Assembly: GCA_951406725.2 (NCBI GenBank)
Contig: OX597830.1
Location: 62,000,001-62,064,000, forward strand
Source: Octopus vulgaris
Lineage: Eukaryota
Reading direction: 5' to 3'
Length of the DNA: 64,000 bases
The notes below the pieces were generated by a model, which searched no databases, was not told the origin of the DNA, and was given only the letters and a program-made list of their open reading frames with translations. This document shows positions 48,301 to 60,428 of the stretch, in pieces; position 1 is the first letter of the stretch; each line of letters opens with the position of its first letter. The position numbers were made by a program, and so were the translations under genes.

Positions 48301-51300
48301 CACTGTCACTGATGTAGAAAAACTGTCTGAAAACAATAATAAATCTCTGAACGAGATATAAACAGTAACCGCTCGACAACGTAAGGGGTATTAGCCATCT
48401 GAATGTGGCTAGCCACTGGGAGGGGGTTACTGATGCTTTTAGCCCCAGGCGATCAACGTCACCAGAAGGACTTTAGACACTATCTCAGTGCCCTTGTGTT
48501 ATTTGCAAAGGGAGGTCATCCTCCCTCGAAGACCCGAGTACTACCAGAGGTTTATTATTACTTTCATTCTATTTTCCAGGAAATTTTGGATTTTATGGGA
48601 TTTTCTGATTACAAAAGAATGCAGTTAAGTGGCAAGGATGTCAGTTCATTGGCTACAATGGCTTTGAATAACTTTTCTAAGGTAATTTTTCATGATGTAG
48701 AATATCATAATTTTACATTAAATGATTTTATTATTTCAGTGAGAGTAGTGAGATGACAGAATTGTTAGAACATGGGATAAAATGCTTTGCAGTATTTTTT
48801 TTCACTTTTTACATTCTAAGTACTTATTGAATTGAAGCAGAGCTTTCAGTAGGGGCTGCTTGCAGCCTATGTCAATCTCTGCAAGGCATTTGAATTAGTG
48901 GACAGGGATATCCTTTGGAGCATACTGAAGTTGTGAGGTATACCTCCTTAACTGAATGGGCTGATGACCTTATACACTGGAACAGTAAGTGCAGTTTGAA
49001 TTGAGGGTTCAACATCTGACAGTTTGACCTCCAGTTAGATCTGTTGTCTGTCAGAGTTGCGTTTTGGCTCTCACTCTGTTCAACCCGCATGGATTGGATA
49101 CTTAGCAGAAAGGTGACTTGATCAAGTTGCGGTGCATTAATTGGTAAAACTGGGATTACAAGCCTAGAATTTGCTGGTGATGCAGTTGTTCTTGCTGAAC
49201 CTCTGGATATCTTAAGGAGCACTCTCCTTTCACTGAGTGAGGAAGTAGAACCACTTGGCCTTAGAGTTTCTTGGGTGAAGACAAAGATCCAGTTCTTCAT
49301 TGGCTTCTTGGAGGAATCCATCTCGTCTGTCTCTGTTGAGATTTATAGTGGCATTAGTTGCAAATTTAAAAAGACTTGGATGACCTGATGCAGTTGCGAA
49401 CTCATTGGGCAAGGCTGTATGACGCTGCCGATATCTGTGCAGGAGGACAAAGAGGTTCAGGTCTTTAAGCTTTTGGTCCTCCCTGAAGACTTGGACATGA
49501 TCTGGGGCCCTTAGGAAATGACTGCACTGCTTTGATACCTGGAGTCTTCTCATGGTTATAGGTTACCATTAGCCAGATTTTGTATCCAACCAATCACTCT
49601 CACTCAGAAACTTTACCCTGATCTTTATCTCTGTCTTCTCACCATCTACACTGGATATCTCTCTCTTTCCTCCCACCACCACTACTTGATGTCTCTTCTC
49701 CCCACTGCTCCTCCTCACTGGGCTGTTCCCTATATACTACCTGCACTCTTCCTCTCTCTCTTGGGACATAATGCAACTAACTCAGTTGCCCTTCGTTACA
49801 CACAGATATACATTTTTTTTGCATGTAATCTATTTTTTCATAATATCTACTTAGATATACATCTCTCACCTATTCTAAATATTACTACTTCTATTATTAT
49901 TATCATAATTAATTATTACCAATCTATTTGATATTTTTAATTTTTATTTTTTTTACTGTTGATATACGTAAACATTCTTTTATATTTTTCCATGACTATT
50001 TTTTGCCCTTATATATCTTTTTTATTTCTATTTCCTTTATTATCTTTTCCCCCCTTCCCTCTTTTTTTTAATCTTTCTTATACGTAATCTATTCCATTTA
50101 TATAATATGTATTTATTTTTTAGAAAATACTTCCTCCCTTGACTATCCCATTAAAAAAAAATTTTTTTGTGTCTCACAAATCTACCTCTATTAACCAAAA
50201 TCTTACAGATTGTATATGTTTATAGGTACAGCGAAATCGAATTGAACCAGCCAGGATCCCTGGTCTGGTGGTACGTAAAAAGCACTATCCGACTCGTGGC
50301 CGATGCCAGCGCCGCCTCGACTGGCTTCCGTGCCGGTGGCACATAAATTACACCAATCCGACCGTGGCCGTTGTCAGCCTTGCCCGGCACCTGTGCAGGT
50401 GGCACGTAAAAAGCACCCACTACACTCACGGAGTGGTTGGCGTTAGGAAGGGCATCAAGCTGTAGAAACATTGCCAGATTTGACTGGAGCCTGGTGCAGC
50501 CTCCTGGCTTCCCAGATCCCCGGTCGAACCGTTCCAACCCATGCTAGCATGGAGAACGGACGTTAAACGATGATGATGATGATGTACAGTAATTTTTAAC
50601 GCACAACAATCACCTCCACAAACTGAACTCACTCTCACAGATATAGTTTATCTCTCTGGTTATGCATACAAAGAGTCTTATAATATTTCCACATTCTTTT
50701 CTCATTATTAGTATTATTACTATCTTTATTTTTCCTTTATAATTGTTAATGCTACCTTTAAAGTTCTTTTCTACTTTTATATTAGCACCGATTAATATAA
50801 TAGATTATACATTATATTCCATATTTCACTTCTTACTTATTTGAGTGTGTGTGTGTGTTTGTGCTCCATATTCATACTCCCATGGATTTAAGTATATAGT
50901 AATGTGTGCATCTGTGTTACCATGTTGAATGAAAAACTCTAACTGATACAATTGCTTTGGTGTTGGAAAAGACTTTTGCGGATTCCATGCACAGCGAGGC
51001 TCACCAATGGAGAAGTTCTTAAGCAGATAAGGCCAAAAATGTCGCTAGAAGCTGGGATCACCAAGCGCAGATTGGCATATTTCGGTCATATTATGCGGAG
51101 AGAATCCCTGGAGAAGGACATCATGCTCGGAATGGTCAGTGGCAAGAGAGGAAGAGGCCGACCAAGAACCCACTGGCTTGACACCATCAGGAGTGGTACC
51201 GGAATGGACATGGCCAGTCTGAAGGAAGAACTGACTGGAGGACACTGATCCAAAGATTGGCCGAGAGTCGACTTCGACTGAGCGGTTAGAGAGAGAGAGA

Positions 51301-53835
51301 GAGAGAGAGAGAGTCTGTATGATTTAATTAAGTTCATTTAAGGTGTTGCTTCAGTACAATTGTCATCAAAAGTTTTAAGGAACATAGTTTGTTGCCTATT
51401 GTAATTCACTACACATCCTACACTATCCGAATCGTGGCCGATGCCAGTACCACCTCGACTGGCTTCCGTGCCGGTGGCATGTAAAAAGCACCATCCAAAT
51501 CATGGCCGATGCCAGCGCCGCCTCGACTGGCTTCCGTGCCGGTGGCACGTAAAATGCACCAATCCGACCGTGGCCGATGCCAGCCTTGCCTGGCACCTGT
51601 GCAGGTGGCACGTAAAAAGCACCCACTACACTCATGGAGTGGTTGGCGTTAGGAAGGGCATCCAGCTGTAGAAACACGAGTAACCACATTAGAGGAATAA
51701 CTATTGCACCTTGACTGCATCCGCCTTAGTTGTACCAACCACAAGTACTTGGAATCTTACAGAACAGTGTGTAGAATGTAACCTGTCCAAACTGCTATAC
51801 TATAAAACCAGATATGATTTCTGGAACATGTATGTTTGGCTTCTAGTAATTCAGCTCACACGGTATATTACATAGGTTCCATCCTATGGAACCTATATAA
51901 TAGGTGAAACCTACACTCGCCTCCTTATGAGAGCTCAAAATCTCTCGTGAAGCGTCATCCAACCAAAATGCAAATATATGGGAAACTACCACCTGTGTCA
52001 TCTCTTGTGAAAGGTAGGAGGGTCCAGTTTGCTGGACATTGTTGTAGAGCTGAAAACAAGGCAATTTCTACTCTTCTCCTCTGGAAGCCATCTACTCGCA
52101 ATACCAGAGGGCGCACACTCTCCTACCCTGATGTAATCTCCAGGGATACAGGCATCCAGCAACAGGACCTCCGTAATGCTATGATGGACCGTGAAGTCTG
52201 GCGTAGCATGGTAAATTCCATTGTCTCGACCACGGTCGAACAATGATGATGATGATGATATTACATAGATCAGGAGCTGGTGTTATTACAGTATTATGAG
52301 TGTGCTTGCAATTGGGGCATATGGAAGGCTGTTATTATCATTTTCTCCTCTCTTTCTGTTTCTTTTTTTTTTTCTTTCTTTCTTTCCTTACTCAGTGTGG
52401 GAAAAAAATTAAAAAGGAAAATTGTTAGACTGAAAATGAGTCCACATTCAAAACATTCTTATACATTATTCAAATGTTTGAATTGTTTCATATGACCATG
52501 TATTTATATATTTTTCAGACAAAATCATCTGTACTTTTGAAGCACCGCAAAAAAAGAAAAGGTTTGTTTTATAGTTGCTTTCAGTATTTTAACATCTGTC
52601 TTTGATTTGAAGTATATGTATCATGGGATTCTGAAGAAATTCACAAAAAAAACCTTAAAAGATATATGACTTTTTTTTTTTTTGGTTTTGGTTTTCATAT
52701 TACACATTTAACCCTTTCAATACCAACCCGGCTGAAACCGGCTCTGGGTCGGTAGTACAAATGTCTTGTTTTCATAGGTTTAAAATTAAAAACTTCCATT
52801 AAACCTTTGTCACAATTTGTGTTCCTAACACTAGCTTAATGATAACTAACTTATTTTACTAAATTCTTTGTTATATTTCAAATTAATTGAAAGAAACACA
52901 GAGCATCTCAAAATAAATACGGTAATGGAAGGGTTAAATGTAAATGTATTGCTTACACATTCTAACAACATTCAGCTTAGATTGATCATATATACCATCA
53001 TCATCATCATCATCATGCTAATAATTTTGTTCTTTTATTCAAGCTCTTCCTACGTGCCTTATCTACAATAAACCAGTTATTTTGAATGAGGACTTGCCTC
53101 ATGTAGGAACCACAAAAATTTTAAAACTGTAGCACATTTTTTTATCAGGAGTAATGAATTAATGCTTCTACTTATAAAAACTGGTTTTTGAATCAATATA
53201 TATTGTCCCAGTTTCGGTTCATTTCATTTGTTCCTGCTCTCACTGTACTATCAACTGTCAAACAGTTATCATGTGGAGGGTAGGATCCTGTTGAACCACC
53301 CATCCTATGCCAGCATGGAAAGCAAATGTAAAGTGATGGTATCTACATACACACAAACACACACAGGGACTCCTACAACTAGTTCTTTTGTATATTCTTT
53401 CAGCCTACATTTTCAGCATGGATACTTTATTGCTACCACATTTATTTTTTGTCTGACCTTCTAGCATTTAAACTGACTGTATCCAGCCTTAATATTCTAC
53501 TAGTTTTATATTTAAATTGGCCAGATCCAGCCTCTCACACCTACCCTGCAATGTCATTCTAAAAATAAGCAATCACATCTTTGAAATCTCAAAGCTACAA
53601 GATAATAAATACAGAATTAACTTTAAAAAATGTGAACAAACAAGCATTACATTTGACAAGATAATCTGAAGGCGCAGGAGTGGCTGTGTGGTAAGTAGCT
53701 TTCTAACCAACCACATGGTTCCGGGTTCAGTCCCACTGCGTGGCATCTTGGGCAAGTGTCTTCTGCTATAGCCCCGGGCCAACCAATGCCTTGTGAGTGG
53801 ATTTGGTAGAAGGAAACTGAAAGAAGCCCGTCGTA

Positions 53836-53894
<59 letters not shown>

Positions 53895-56800
53895 ATGTGT
53901 TTCTGTCTTTGTCCCCCTAGCATTGCTTGACAACCGATGCTGGTGTGTTTACGTCACCATCACTTAGCGGTTTGGCAAAAAGAGACCGATAGAATAAGTA
54001 CTGGGCTTACAAAGAATAAGTCCCGGGGTCAATTTGCTCGACTAAAGGCGGTGCTCCAGCATGGCCGCAGTCAAATGACTGAAACAAGTAGAAGAGAGAA
54101 AGAGATGCCAAATGGTTAATTTATTCTGTTGCATATTCTGATTGCTTATTCCTTTTACCCACTTCTTTGCTAAGAATATACCTGTTGCTTGTATTTTATC
54201 CATTATCCAACCAAAATAATTGCTCTTGTATTCCTTGGGTCTCCACCCCAAGTATTCTATACAATACACATTGACTTTCACTTGAGCCTCTCAACTTACT
54301 TTCCATAGTATTGAGGCTGATAGAGACAGTTTTTAGGTCATAGTACTAATATTAAATATCTGTATGAATTTTTGAAAATATTTAAATGTAATTTCTATTT
54401 AACTGTTTTTGGAAAGCATCCAAAAAGAAACATTTTGTTACCTTATTCGTGAAATTGGGATGAATATTTTAGAAAATATGAGAATTTGAATGGTCAGTGA
54501 ATTTGTTGAAATTTTGCCTTAATGACCTAAACGAATAAGTAGTCGTATTTGTGATAATTGAAGTGATAATCATGTTCAAATTACACAAATTAATCGTGAT
54601 CGTGGTATAGCAGTTGCCTATTTGTTTTCAGGTTCTTGAGAGGAAAACTTCTTTTTTTTGGCATTCTTTTAATATTTATGTGAAGCCTATTTTGTTACCT
54701 GTAACAAACAGCCAATTTTGCTGTGTTTTCAGGTCTAGCTAAATCCAAAAGTTCTAGCCAAAGGGACTCCAGTCTTGGCACATTTGTAGTAGGTATAGAA
54801 CTAAATAAATCCTGATATTTTGGGACATGACATCATTTCAATAAAATTTTAATGAACTATTGTAAATGTTGATACCACAATAGAGAGAAGCAGTTTGAAC
54901 GCGAAAAACAAATTTTTTTACTTTATCATTTTCATGTCAAAATATATTTTTTCCATGGAAAATTATGTATCATTTGAAAGCATTGGATGTGAACTTGCTT
55001 CTTATATCATTTTAAGTAAAATCCAACAGTTGCATATCATGTCAGGGTCCTTCAGACACCCTGATATTTTCATGCATTTTCAAAGTGTGTCCCGTTTTTT
55101 TGTCTGCTGAACAGTAGCCCTCATTCTAGTTCGGTGCATTTGAGTGCCATAACTCAAGTTGTGTTAAGAATCATATACACATATTGAGGAATATTTTAGC
55201 TTTATTTTGATATAAAATTAATTTTCACTTAGAAAAAGAACATAATTTCTTCAAGATGTTTATACCACGAGGAAGAAAAAATTTCTTGCTAGATCATCAT
55301 GGTCATTGCTGATTCTGGCCTTGGTATGGCAAAAAAATGCAAAGTGAAAAAAGAGGGTGGTATGCTGACATTTTTTTGCATGTGATTAACACATATTGAC
55401 ACTATTTGTCAAACTGTGTGGCACTCTATTATGATACCTGCTAATATAGCTGATATTAGTTCAATTGATGCTATTGTTATCATAAAATAGTTTGATGCCA
55501 ATGGGCTGAGCTGTTTATGATTGGAATCTCCTAGAAGAGTGGACTGTTTTTATTGTTGCACTATTATGCATTAGAATGTTGTTTTTTCTTTCTTTTTTTT
55601 TTCTTTTCTCTTTATCAGAGCAATGCTCCATCATTCATGCATATCATGAAACTGATAAATTTGCCCATTAAACTCTTCTGGAAATATTTGAAATTTTGTG
55701 GAAGAAGTTGCATAGTTTCGTGAAAGAATACATCCTTTTGCAACCCATCTTATCTATTACCAACCTTCTTGTCTTGTTTTCTGTTACATCAATAATAATG
55801 ACCAGAACTTGGAGATTGGAGTATGTGACTATTGTTGGTCAAATACTTAATTTTTTCCTTGTAATGTGTTTTATTACTATGTATTTTATCCTTAAATATG
55901 TATTTCTTTAGTAACTGACATATGGGAAGGTGATGACAGAATTGTTTCTGAGCAGAAAAATCATAAAGAAAGAAAAGAAGAAATAATAGAAACCTTCCTT
56001 GGTCAAGAAGAATTACCAATTTTAGAAAATATTAATATTTCAGTAAGTATTAAAATGCAATTTTTGTGTTTCATGGTATCAAGTTCATGACTTTTTAAAC
56101 ATTTTATTTCATTGTATCTCTTATACTTCTCTCTGTTTAAGAATATTTTTATGAGGGATACATACTCACAATGTTTCATCTACAAAACTTCTTGAATTTT
56201 CTCAAAGGAAAGTGAAATGACTTACAGACTATTGATTCCACAGTTACTGGTGACTTAGTAGAAAGCTAAACCAAAAACTGGGGGAAAAGAACAAGAATAG
56301 AAAAGATTTTTATTTTGTCTCAGGTTTTTATTTTTGTACAAGGAAAATTGTAAATATGAATCTTTGGAAATGAATAGTTGAATCTATGATTTGACGGTGC
56401 TTTGAATGTAGGTAAGATAATTCTAGTTGATTACACACTGCTTTGGGTACAGATCAAATCAGGTGTGGAGTCTTGTGATGTTGCTGCATTCACCATTTGT
56501 TGGTATATTCCTGGGTTCTCCTGGGAAACTTGTTGAGTCCCCATCTCCACAATATGTGTCCTCATCTTCCATGATCATGTGGCATGTGGTTGACCCATAT
56601 GAGCTATCAACCCAGCCAGGCACTCAGTGAAGAGAACATGGGCAGCAGGAAAATCATGCCACATGACCAAACAGTCTGTGGCTGGCATTCTTGAATGACA
56701 CAAGCAACAGGATGCATCTCATTTTTTCTGAGTAGAGTCATTGGTTGGTACCGAGACGTTTTGCAAGATTGTGGTTATTTGGGTACACTTCATACATATA

Positions 56801-58991
56801 TGTATATTTTGCATTTGTGTGTGTGTGTGTGTGTCATCATCATTTAACGTGTTCTCCATATTGGCATGGGCTGGATGGACATTAAATTATGATGATACAC
56901 ACACCTAGAGAAGAAGTGTGTAGATAAAATAATTATACTCTGGCACTATGCCATCTCTCTCCTGCTCTCTCTGATACTTTTGCTATTTCTTACTCTCTCT
57001 CTCTCTCTTGCTCTTCCCTCTGGGTAGCTACATATCTCATCTACAGTAGCACACCTATTTCTGTCCTCATTCTTTGTTGTTTTCTCTCTCACTTAAAATC
57101 TCAGTATATACCAAACAACACAGGTATAAAAAGATGGTTGATTCTTAGAGTTGATAAAAAGGAATAAACATTCCAGAAGTTTTGAGACCTTTTTTTTTTT
57201 GTCTTTTTAGGGGTGACAATTATAACTGTCTTAGATTATTGTAATTTTAATATATCATTACTATACGTGCAGGTGGCACGTAAAATGCACCAATCCGATC
57301 GTGGCTGTTTGCCAGCCTCGCCTGGCACCAGTGCAGGTGGCACGTAAAAAGCACCCACTACACTCACAGAGTGGTTGGCGTTAGGAAGGGCATCCAACTG
57401 TAGAAACATTGCCAGATAAGACCGGAGCCTGGTGCAGCCTTCTGGCTTCCCAGATCCCTGGTCGAACTGTCCAACCCATGCTAGCATGGAGAACGGACGT
57501 TAAACGATGATGATGATGATGTAATAAGTTTACCTGCCAACATTTTTATTTCAGTTTGAAGGAACAGCTGTAATAGCACTTTGAACACACCCTACTAAAC
57601 ACTGCTTGTCACAGATGACTAGTTTGCAGAATGCTGTCAGGATGTGAAAGCAATTTGGAAGCTTGCTTTGCTATAAAGTTTTATGTTAAACTGGGTAAAA
57701 TCACTACAGAAATTTATGACTGCAAGCACCTGTTTTCCATTGGAACAAGAGGTTCAAGAGTGGTAGACAGGAGTTGAGAGAGGGTGAGAGGTGTAGAAGG
57801 GAGGGGATGTCAGAACATCAAAACTGGTTGAAAAGATTTGAAATTTTCTGGATGAAACAGTCATGTGTCTCTAAAGACGTTAAGCATACAATTTGCAGTT
57901 GGTATGGTAACTGTACACTAAATCCTTCTCAAAGATCTGGATATGCACAAAACTTGTGCTTAAGTTTGTTCCCAGTGTGCTCAGTAATGAACAAAAGGAA
58001 CGATGCATTAGTGGTAGCAGGGAAATGGTTGAGCTCAAATCCAAGAGTACTTGAGTCTCTGGTAAACCTGTGGCAGAAGTTAGATCTACTATTATGATTC
58101 AGAAACCAAGGGACAGTGCCACAATGGCATTATCGTGGCTCCTCCAGATCCAAGTCCACTAGGAAGCTCAAGACACTCCCACTTTTTGACAGTAAGGTCA
58201 TTATCTACATCCACTGAATTCCCTCTGGCCAGACAGTAAAGAAAGAGTACCTTGTGACAGTTTTGAGGGAGCTCAGGAAGAGATTTTGTCACAAATGATC
58301 TAAGCTCTTCCACTCAGGTCTGTGGAACCTGCACAGGACAATGCACCATTCCACAGTTCCATCCTGGTAACCAACTACTTGACAGAGATGGGCATCAAAA
58401 CTGTCCCTTACCCTCCCTACAGTCCAGGCATTGCTCACTGTGACTTTTGGTGGTTCCCCAAACTGAAGAAGAACCTCAAGGGCAGTTATTTTGAAGACCT
58501 TGAGAAGATGGAGGGGGCTCACACCTTTCACTTAAAAGGACTTCCATGGGGCCTTCATGAAGTGCTACAACAAATGCATTTGAAGATTAGAGTATTGTAC
58601 TTCTTTGAAATTAATAAATGTCTCTCCTGAAAAGTCTCAAACCTTTGGTATATATCAATAGTTATGATTTTAAAATAATCACTGCAAAATGTATATTTGA
58701 ATTAAATTAAGTACTGAAAATTTTGGTGATTATTTTTGTTTTGTGGTTGAATGCATTTTGCTGTATATTCTTATATGACGTATATTTATATATTTTTTTC
58801 TTCTCTAGATGAGATATCCGAATGATGATAAATTTCGTGGATTCAACAGCAAAGTTCAGTTATCTGGTCCACATGTTCTGGAAGGCTTGCGTGATATGAT
58901 CGAAACAGAAAAAATTCAACACACACTTCCTGCTTACCTATCACAGCTGCTAATTCTTGGAAGAGACCATATAATCTTAGGATGCAGCTAA
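31729..58991 (+). CDS. CENPN: Centromere protein N (CENP-N/Chl4), complete spliced CDS, 335 aa (355 aa with the optional exon)
   Basis: Exons 31729-31926, 34951-34996, 36293-36349, 37596-37669, 44528-44701, 48580-48681, 52519-52561, [54733-54792], 55912-56042, 58809-58991; GT-AG and phase-consistent. Colinear similarity to vertebrate CENP-N recalled from memory (DAALLD, W.V..M, A.W.RI, VYY, D.RI..E, S.PH.LE.L). Confidence 0.88.
31978..32345 (-). mobile_element. Non-autonomous Helitron
   Basis: Minus strand begins A|TC and ends with hairpin CCGAGCAACGCCGG then CTAG|T; second copy at 59923-60428. Confidence 0.8.
32720..33560 (-). mobile_element. CR1/L2-group LINE RT fragment
   Basis: VDAIYLDFAKAFDKVDH, SGVPQGTVL.P, RDLGI, VRSRLDYCSQLWS; disrupted. 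Confidence 0.85.
33620..34475 (+). mobile_element. piggyBac (PGBD4-like) transposase C-terminal relic
   Basis: KPSVVVLYNEGMG...SDQL, KWYKK and a Cys-rich end C.DCNMQMCMVPCFETCHT; frameshifted. Confidence 0.75.
34951..34996 (+). CDS. CENPN: CENPN exon 2: QMQIKLEDAALLDLM
   Basis: ttttcag| acceptor, T|gtaagt donor, 46 nt. Confidence 0.88.
36293..36349 (+). CDS. CENPN: CENPN exon 3: YHQMNGTGTWKVYKMVEEL
   Basis: (CT)n tract plus tcag|; G|gtatgt donor; 57 nt, phase 1-1. Confidence 0.85.
37596..37669 (+). CDS. CENPN: CENPN exon 4: DKDKVLNADSLQQSLYQGLSKLYNT
   Basis: ttttag| acceptor, ACT|gtaagt donor; 74 nt, phase 1 to 0. Confidence 0.8.
42363..43163. mobile_element. Mariner-derived element composed of two inverted 5' ends
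   Basis: TA-flanked, ~200-bp diverged inverted arms. Left arm runs into MTEKVEQRVCIKFC (plus); right arm runs into the HTH SEVYKWFKHFQDG...RSGRP (minus). Confidence 0.75.
44528..44701 (+). CDS. CENPN: CENPN exon 5: SVTVNIFDGALWCRI...FLVYYPTLP...GVVME
   Basis: ttttcag| acceptor, GAG|gtaaga donor; 174 nt. Confidence 0.9.
48025..48552 (-). mobile_element. Retrozyme-like insertion: ~355-nt unit present 1.5 times, hammerhead-like motif, TSD
   Basis: Direct repeats 48025-48192 and 48380-48544; TSD tactttcattcta (48012-24 / 48559-71); hammerhead-like motif at 48192-48236 on minus. Confidence 0.7.
48580..48681 (+). CDS. CENPN: CENPN exon 6: EILDFMGFSDYKRMQLSGKDVSSLATMALNNFSK
   Basis: ttttccag| acceptor, AAG|gtaatt donor; 102 nt. 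Confidence 0.88.
48850..49600 (+). mobile_element. Old RTE-like RT relic
   Basis: Degenerate LEFAGDAV (FADD-like) and LGLRVSWVKTKIQ motifs; many disruptions. Confidence 0.55.
50950..51290 (+). mobile_element. RTE LINE 3' fragment
   Basis: WCWKRLLRIPCTARLTN...YFGHIMRRESLEKDIMLG..SGKRGRGRPR. Confidence 0.8.
51915..52259 (+). mobile_element. RTE/RTE-X-like LINE 3' end with (GAT)n tail
   Basis: IYGKLPPVSSLVKGRRVQFAGHC...LLLWKP...AMMDREVWR, then hairpin TCGACCACGGTCGA and (GAT)n. Confidence 0.8.
52519..52561 (+). CDS. CENPN: CENPN exon 7: TKSSVLLKHRKKRK (basic, NLS-like linker)
   Basis: tttttcag| acceptor, AAG|gtttgt donor; 43 nt; supplies the phase 0 to 1 change needed before 55912. Confidence 0.7.
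52712..52933. mobile_element. TTAA-flanked piggyBac-like MITE; other copies at 44894-45562 (split by a SINE) and 63723-63932
   Basis: TTAA|CCCTTTC...GAAGGG|TTAA termini and a shared ~220-bp interior. Confidence 0.85.
54733..54792 (+). CDS. CENPN: Possible CENPN cassette exon: GLAKSKSSSQRDSSLGTFVV
   Basis: gttttcag| acceptor, weak AG|gtatag donor; 60 nt, phase 1-1, stop-free. Confidence 0.35.
55912..56042 (+). CDS. CENPN: CENPN penultimate exon: VTDIWEGDDRIVSEQ...ETFLGQEELPILENINIS
   Basis: tttctttag| acceptor, TCA|gtaagt donor; 131 nt. Confidence 0.88.
57640..58652 (+). mobile_element. Degenerate mariner transposase
   Basis: QDNAPFHSS...PYPPYSPGIAHCDFWWFPKLK (YSPDLAP.D motif); N-terminal IKF..KLGK; many frameshifts. 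Confidence 0.85.
58809..58991 (+). CDS. CENPN: CENPN last exon: MRYPNDDKF...LSGPHVLEGLRDM...LGCS*
   Basis: ttctctag| acceptor; S.PH.LE.L motif of the CENP-N C-terminal region; TAA at 58989-91. Confidence 0.9.
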   Translation: MRYPNDDKFRGFNSKVQLSGPHVLEGLRDMIETEKIQHTLPAYLSQLLILGRDHIILGCS

Positions 58992-59922
58992 TAAAGATGT
59001 TTGTAGCTATAAAACTATTAAACACACACACACATACACGTACTTATAAAAAATGCATGTATACATATATACATGTGTGTGTGTGTCTGTCTGTGGGTAG
59101 ATTGGTTTGTGTATTTCTACATACACATGTATGTATGTATCTGTGTGCATGTGTATATAAGTATGTGTAGGTGAGTATGTATCTATGTATCATCATCATT
59201 TTAACATCTACTTTCTCTTGCTCGCATGGGTTGGATAGTGTTTATTGAAGCAGAACTTCTACATCTGGATACTCTTTCTCACCTGTTTCCAAGTCAAGTA
59301 ATATTTCCCCATAGCCAAACGTGTTTTTAGCAGAATGTTGGAAATGAATGTCATTCATTTACAACAATCATGCAATATCAAGACAAGGAGACACACACAC
59401 ACACAGAGAAGGCTTTGGTTGACCTAGGACTATAGCTGGAGACACTTGCCTAAGGTGCCTTACAGTGGGACTGAGTCCCAAACTCTATGATTGGGAAACA
59501 AACTTCTTAGACACACCTGTGTATATGTGTGTGTGTGTGTGTATTTTTGTTCATTCACTTAAAAAATGAAATCTTCTTAAAAACAGCAATGAGAAAGTTG
59601 GAGTAAACTGAAAAAACAGGTTTATTGTTGTTCTTATATACACTTTGTGTATATACATTATATGGCAAAATAAAAGAAAAACATGAGACCTTGCTTATAA
59701 GATTTGTTATGTAATGAAAATTACTTTATTCAAGGCTTATCGTCAAATCATCAGAGATGTGTAACTTTTACATGTGACTTCATTGGATTGAGAAATGTTG
59801 ACTGAATCCACCATCTCCATGATGGGGGAATTCTATCATCCAATAATGTTAAGTATAAAAAGGTTGTGCATCTCATGATTTGACAGCAAGACTTGATAAT
59901 GTACTTTGCATTGTATAATTAA

Positions 59923-60428
59923 CTAGCAGTATCGCTTGGGTTTGTAAGGGAAATAACTATATAAGCATTTTTAGAGAGTTACTTCCCTTATAGATGCCAA
60001 TTCGGGCTTTCTTAGCCATTTCTGTTTTGGTGTCTTCAAGCCATGAAGTCGTTGTTCTAAAAGAACGCTGGTCTCCTTGACAACGCATTACGACGTTGAT
60101 TTCCTTACACTCCCTTCCCCACAGCTTCACGAGGGAGGGAAGAAGGGGAGAAGCAAACACAGGTGCAGGTGTTTGAGCGTGGACGCCAACTCCGCCGCCA
60201 TCGACACACAAAATATTATGCATTAAAATGGAATAAAAAATTATGTTAAATTATTTTTAAAATCGTAGACTCATCGTAGACGCGCGCTAATAGTCAGACG
60301 GGCTCGATATGAATCACGACTATAAGATACCCAAATTTGGTTAAACTGCACCGCAAAATGTGGGAGTAGTTAGGAATCTAAATCGAAGGGGACAGACACT
60401 CACACAACTACAGTTTTATATATATAGA
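59923..60428 (-). mobile_element. Non-autonomous Helitron, copy 2, with a different internal segment
   Basis: Same termini and flanking blocks as 31978-32345; unique ~220-bp GC-richer interior at 59992-60215. Confidence 0.75.

Noticed and set aside
55619-55700. Strong polypyrimidine tract and AG at 55617-18
   Set aside because: The phase-1 frame hits TAA within ~50 nt and there is no suitable donor; could only be a poison or terminal exon, unsupported.
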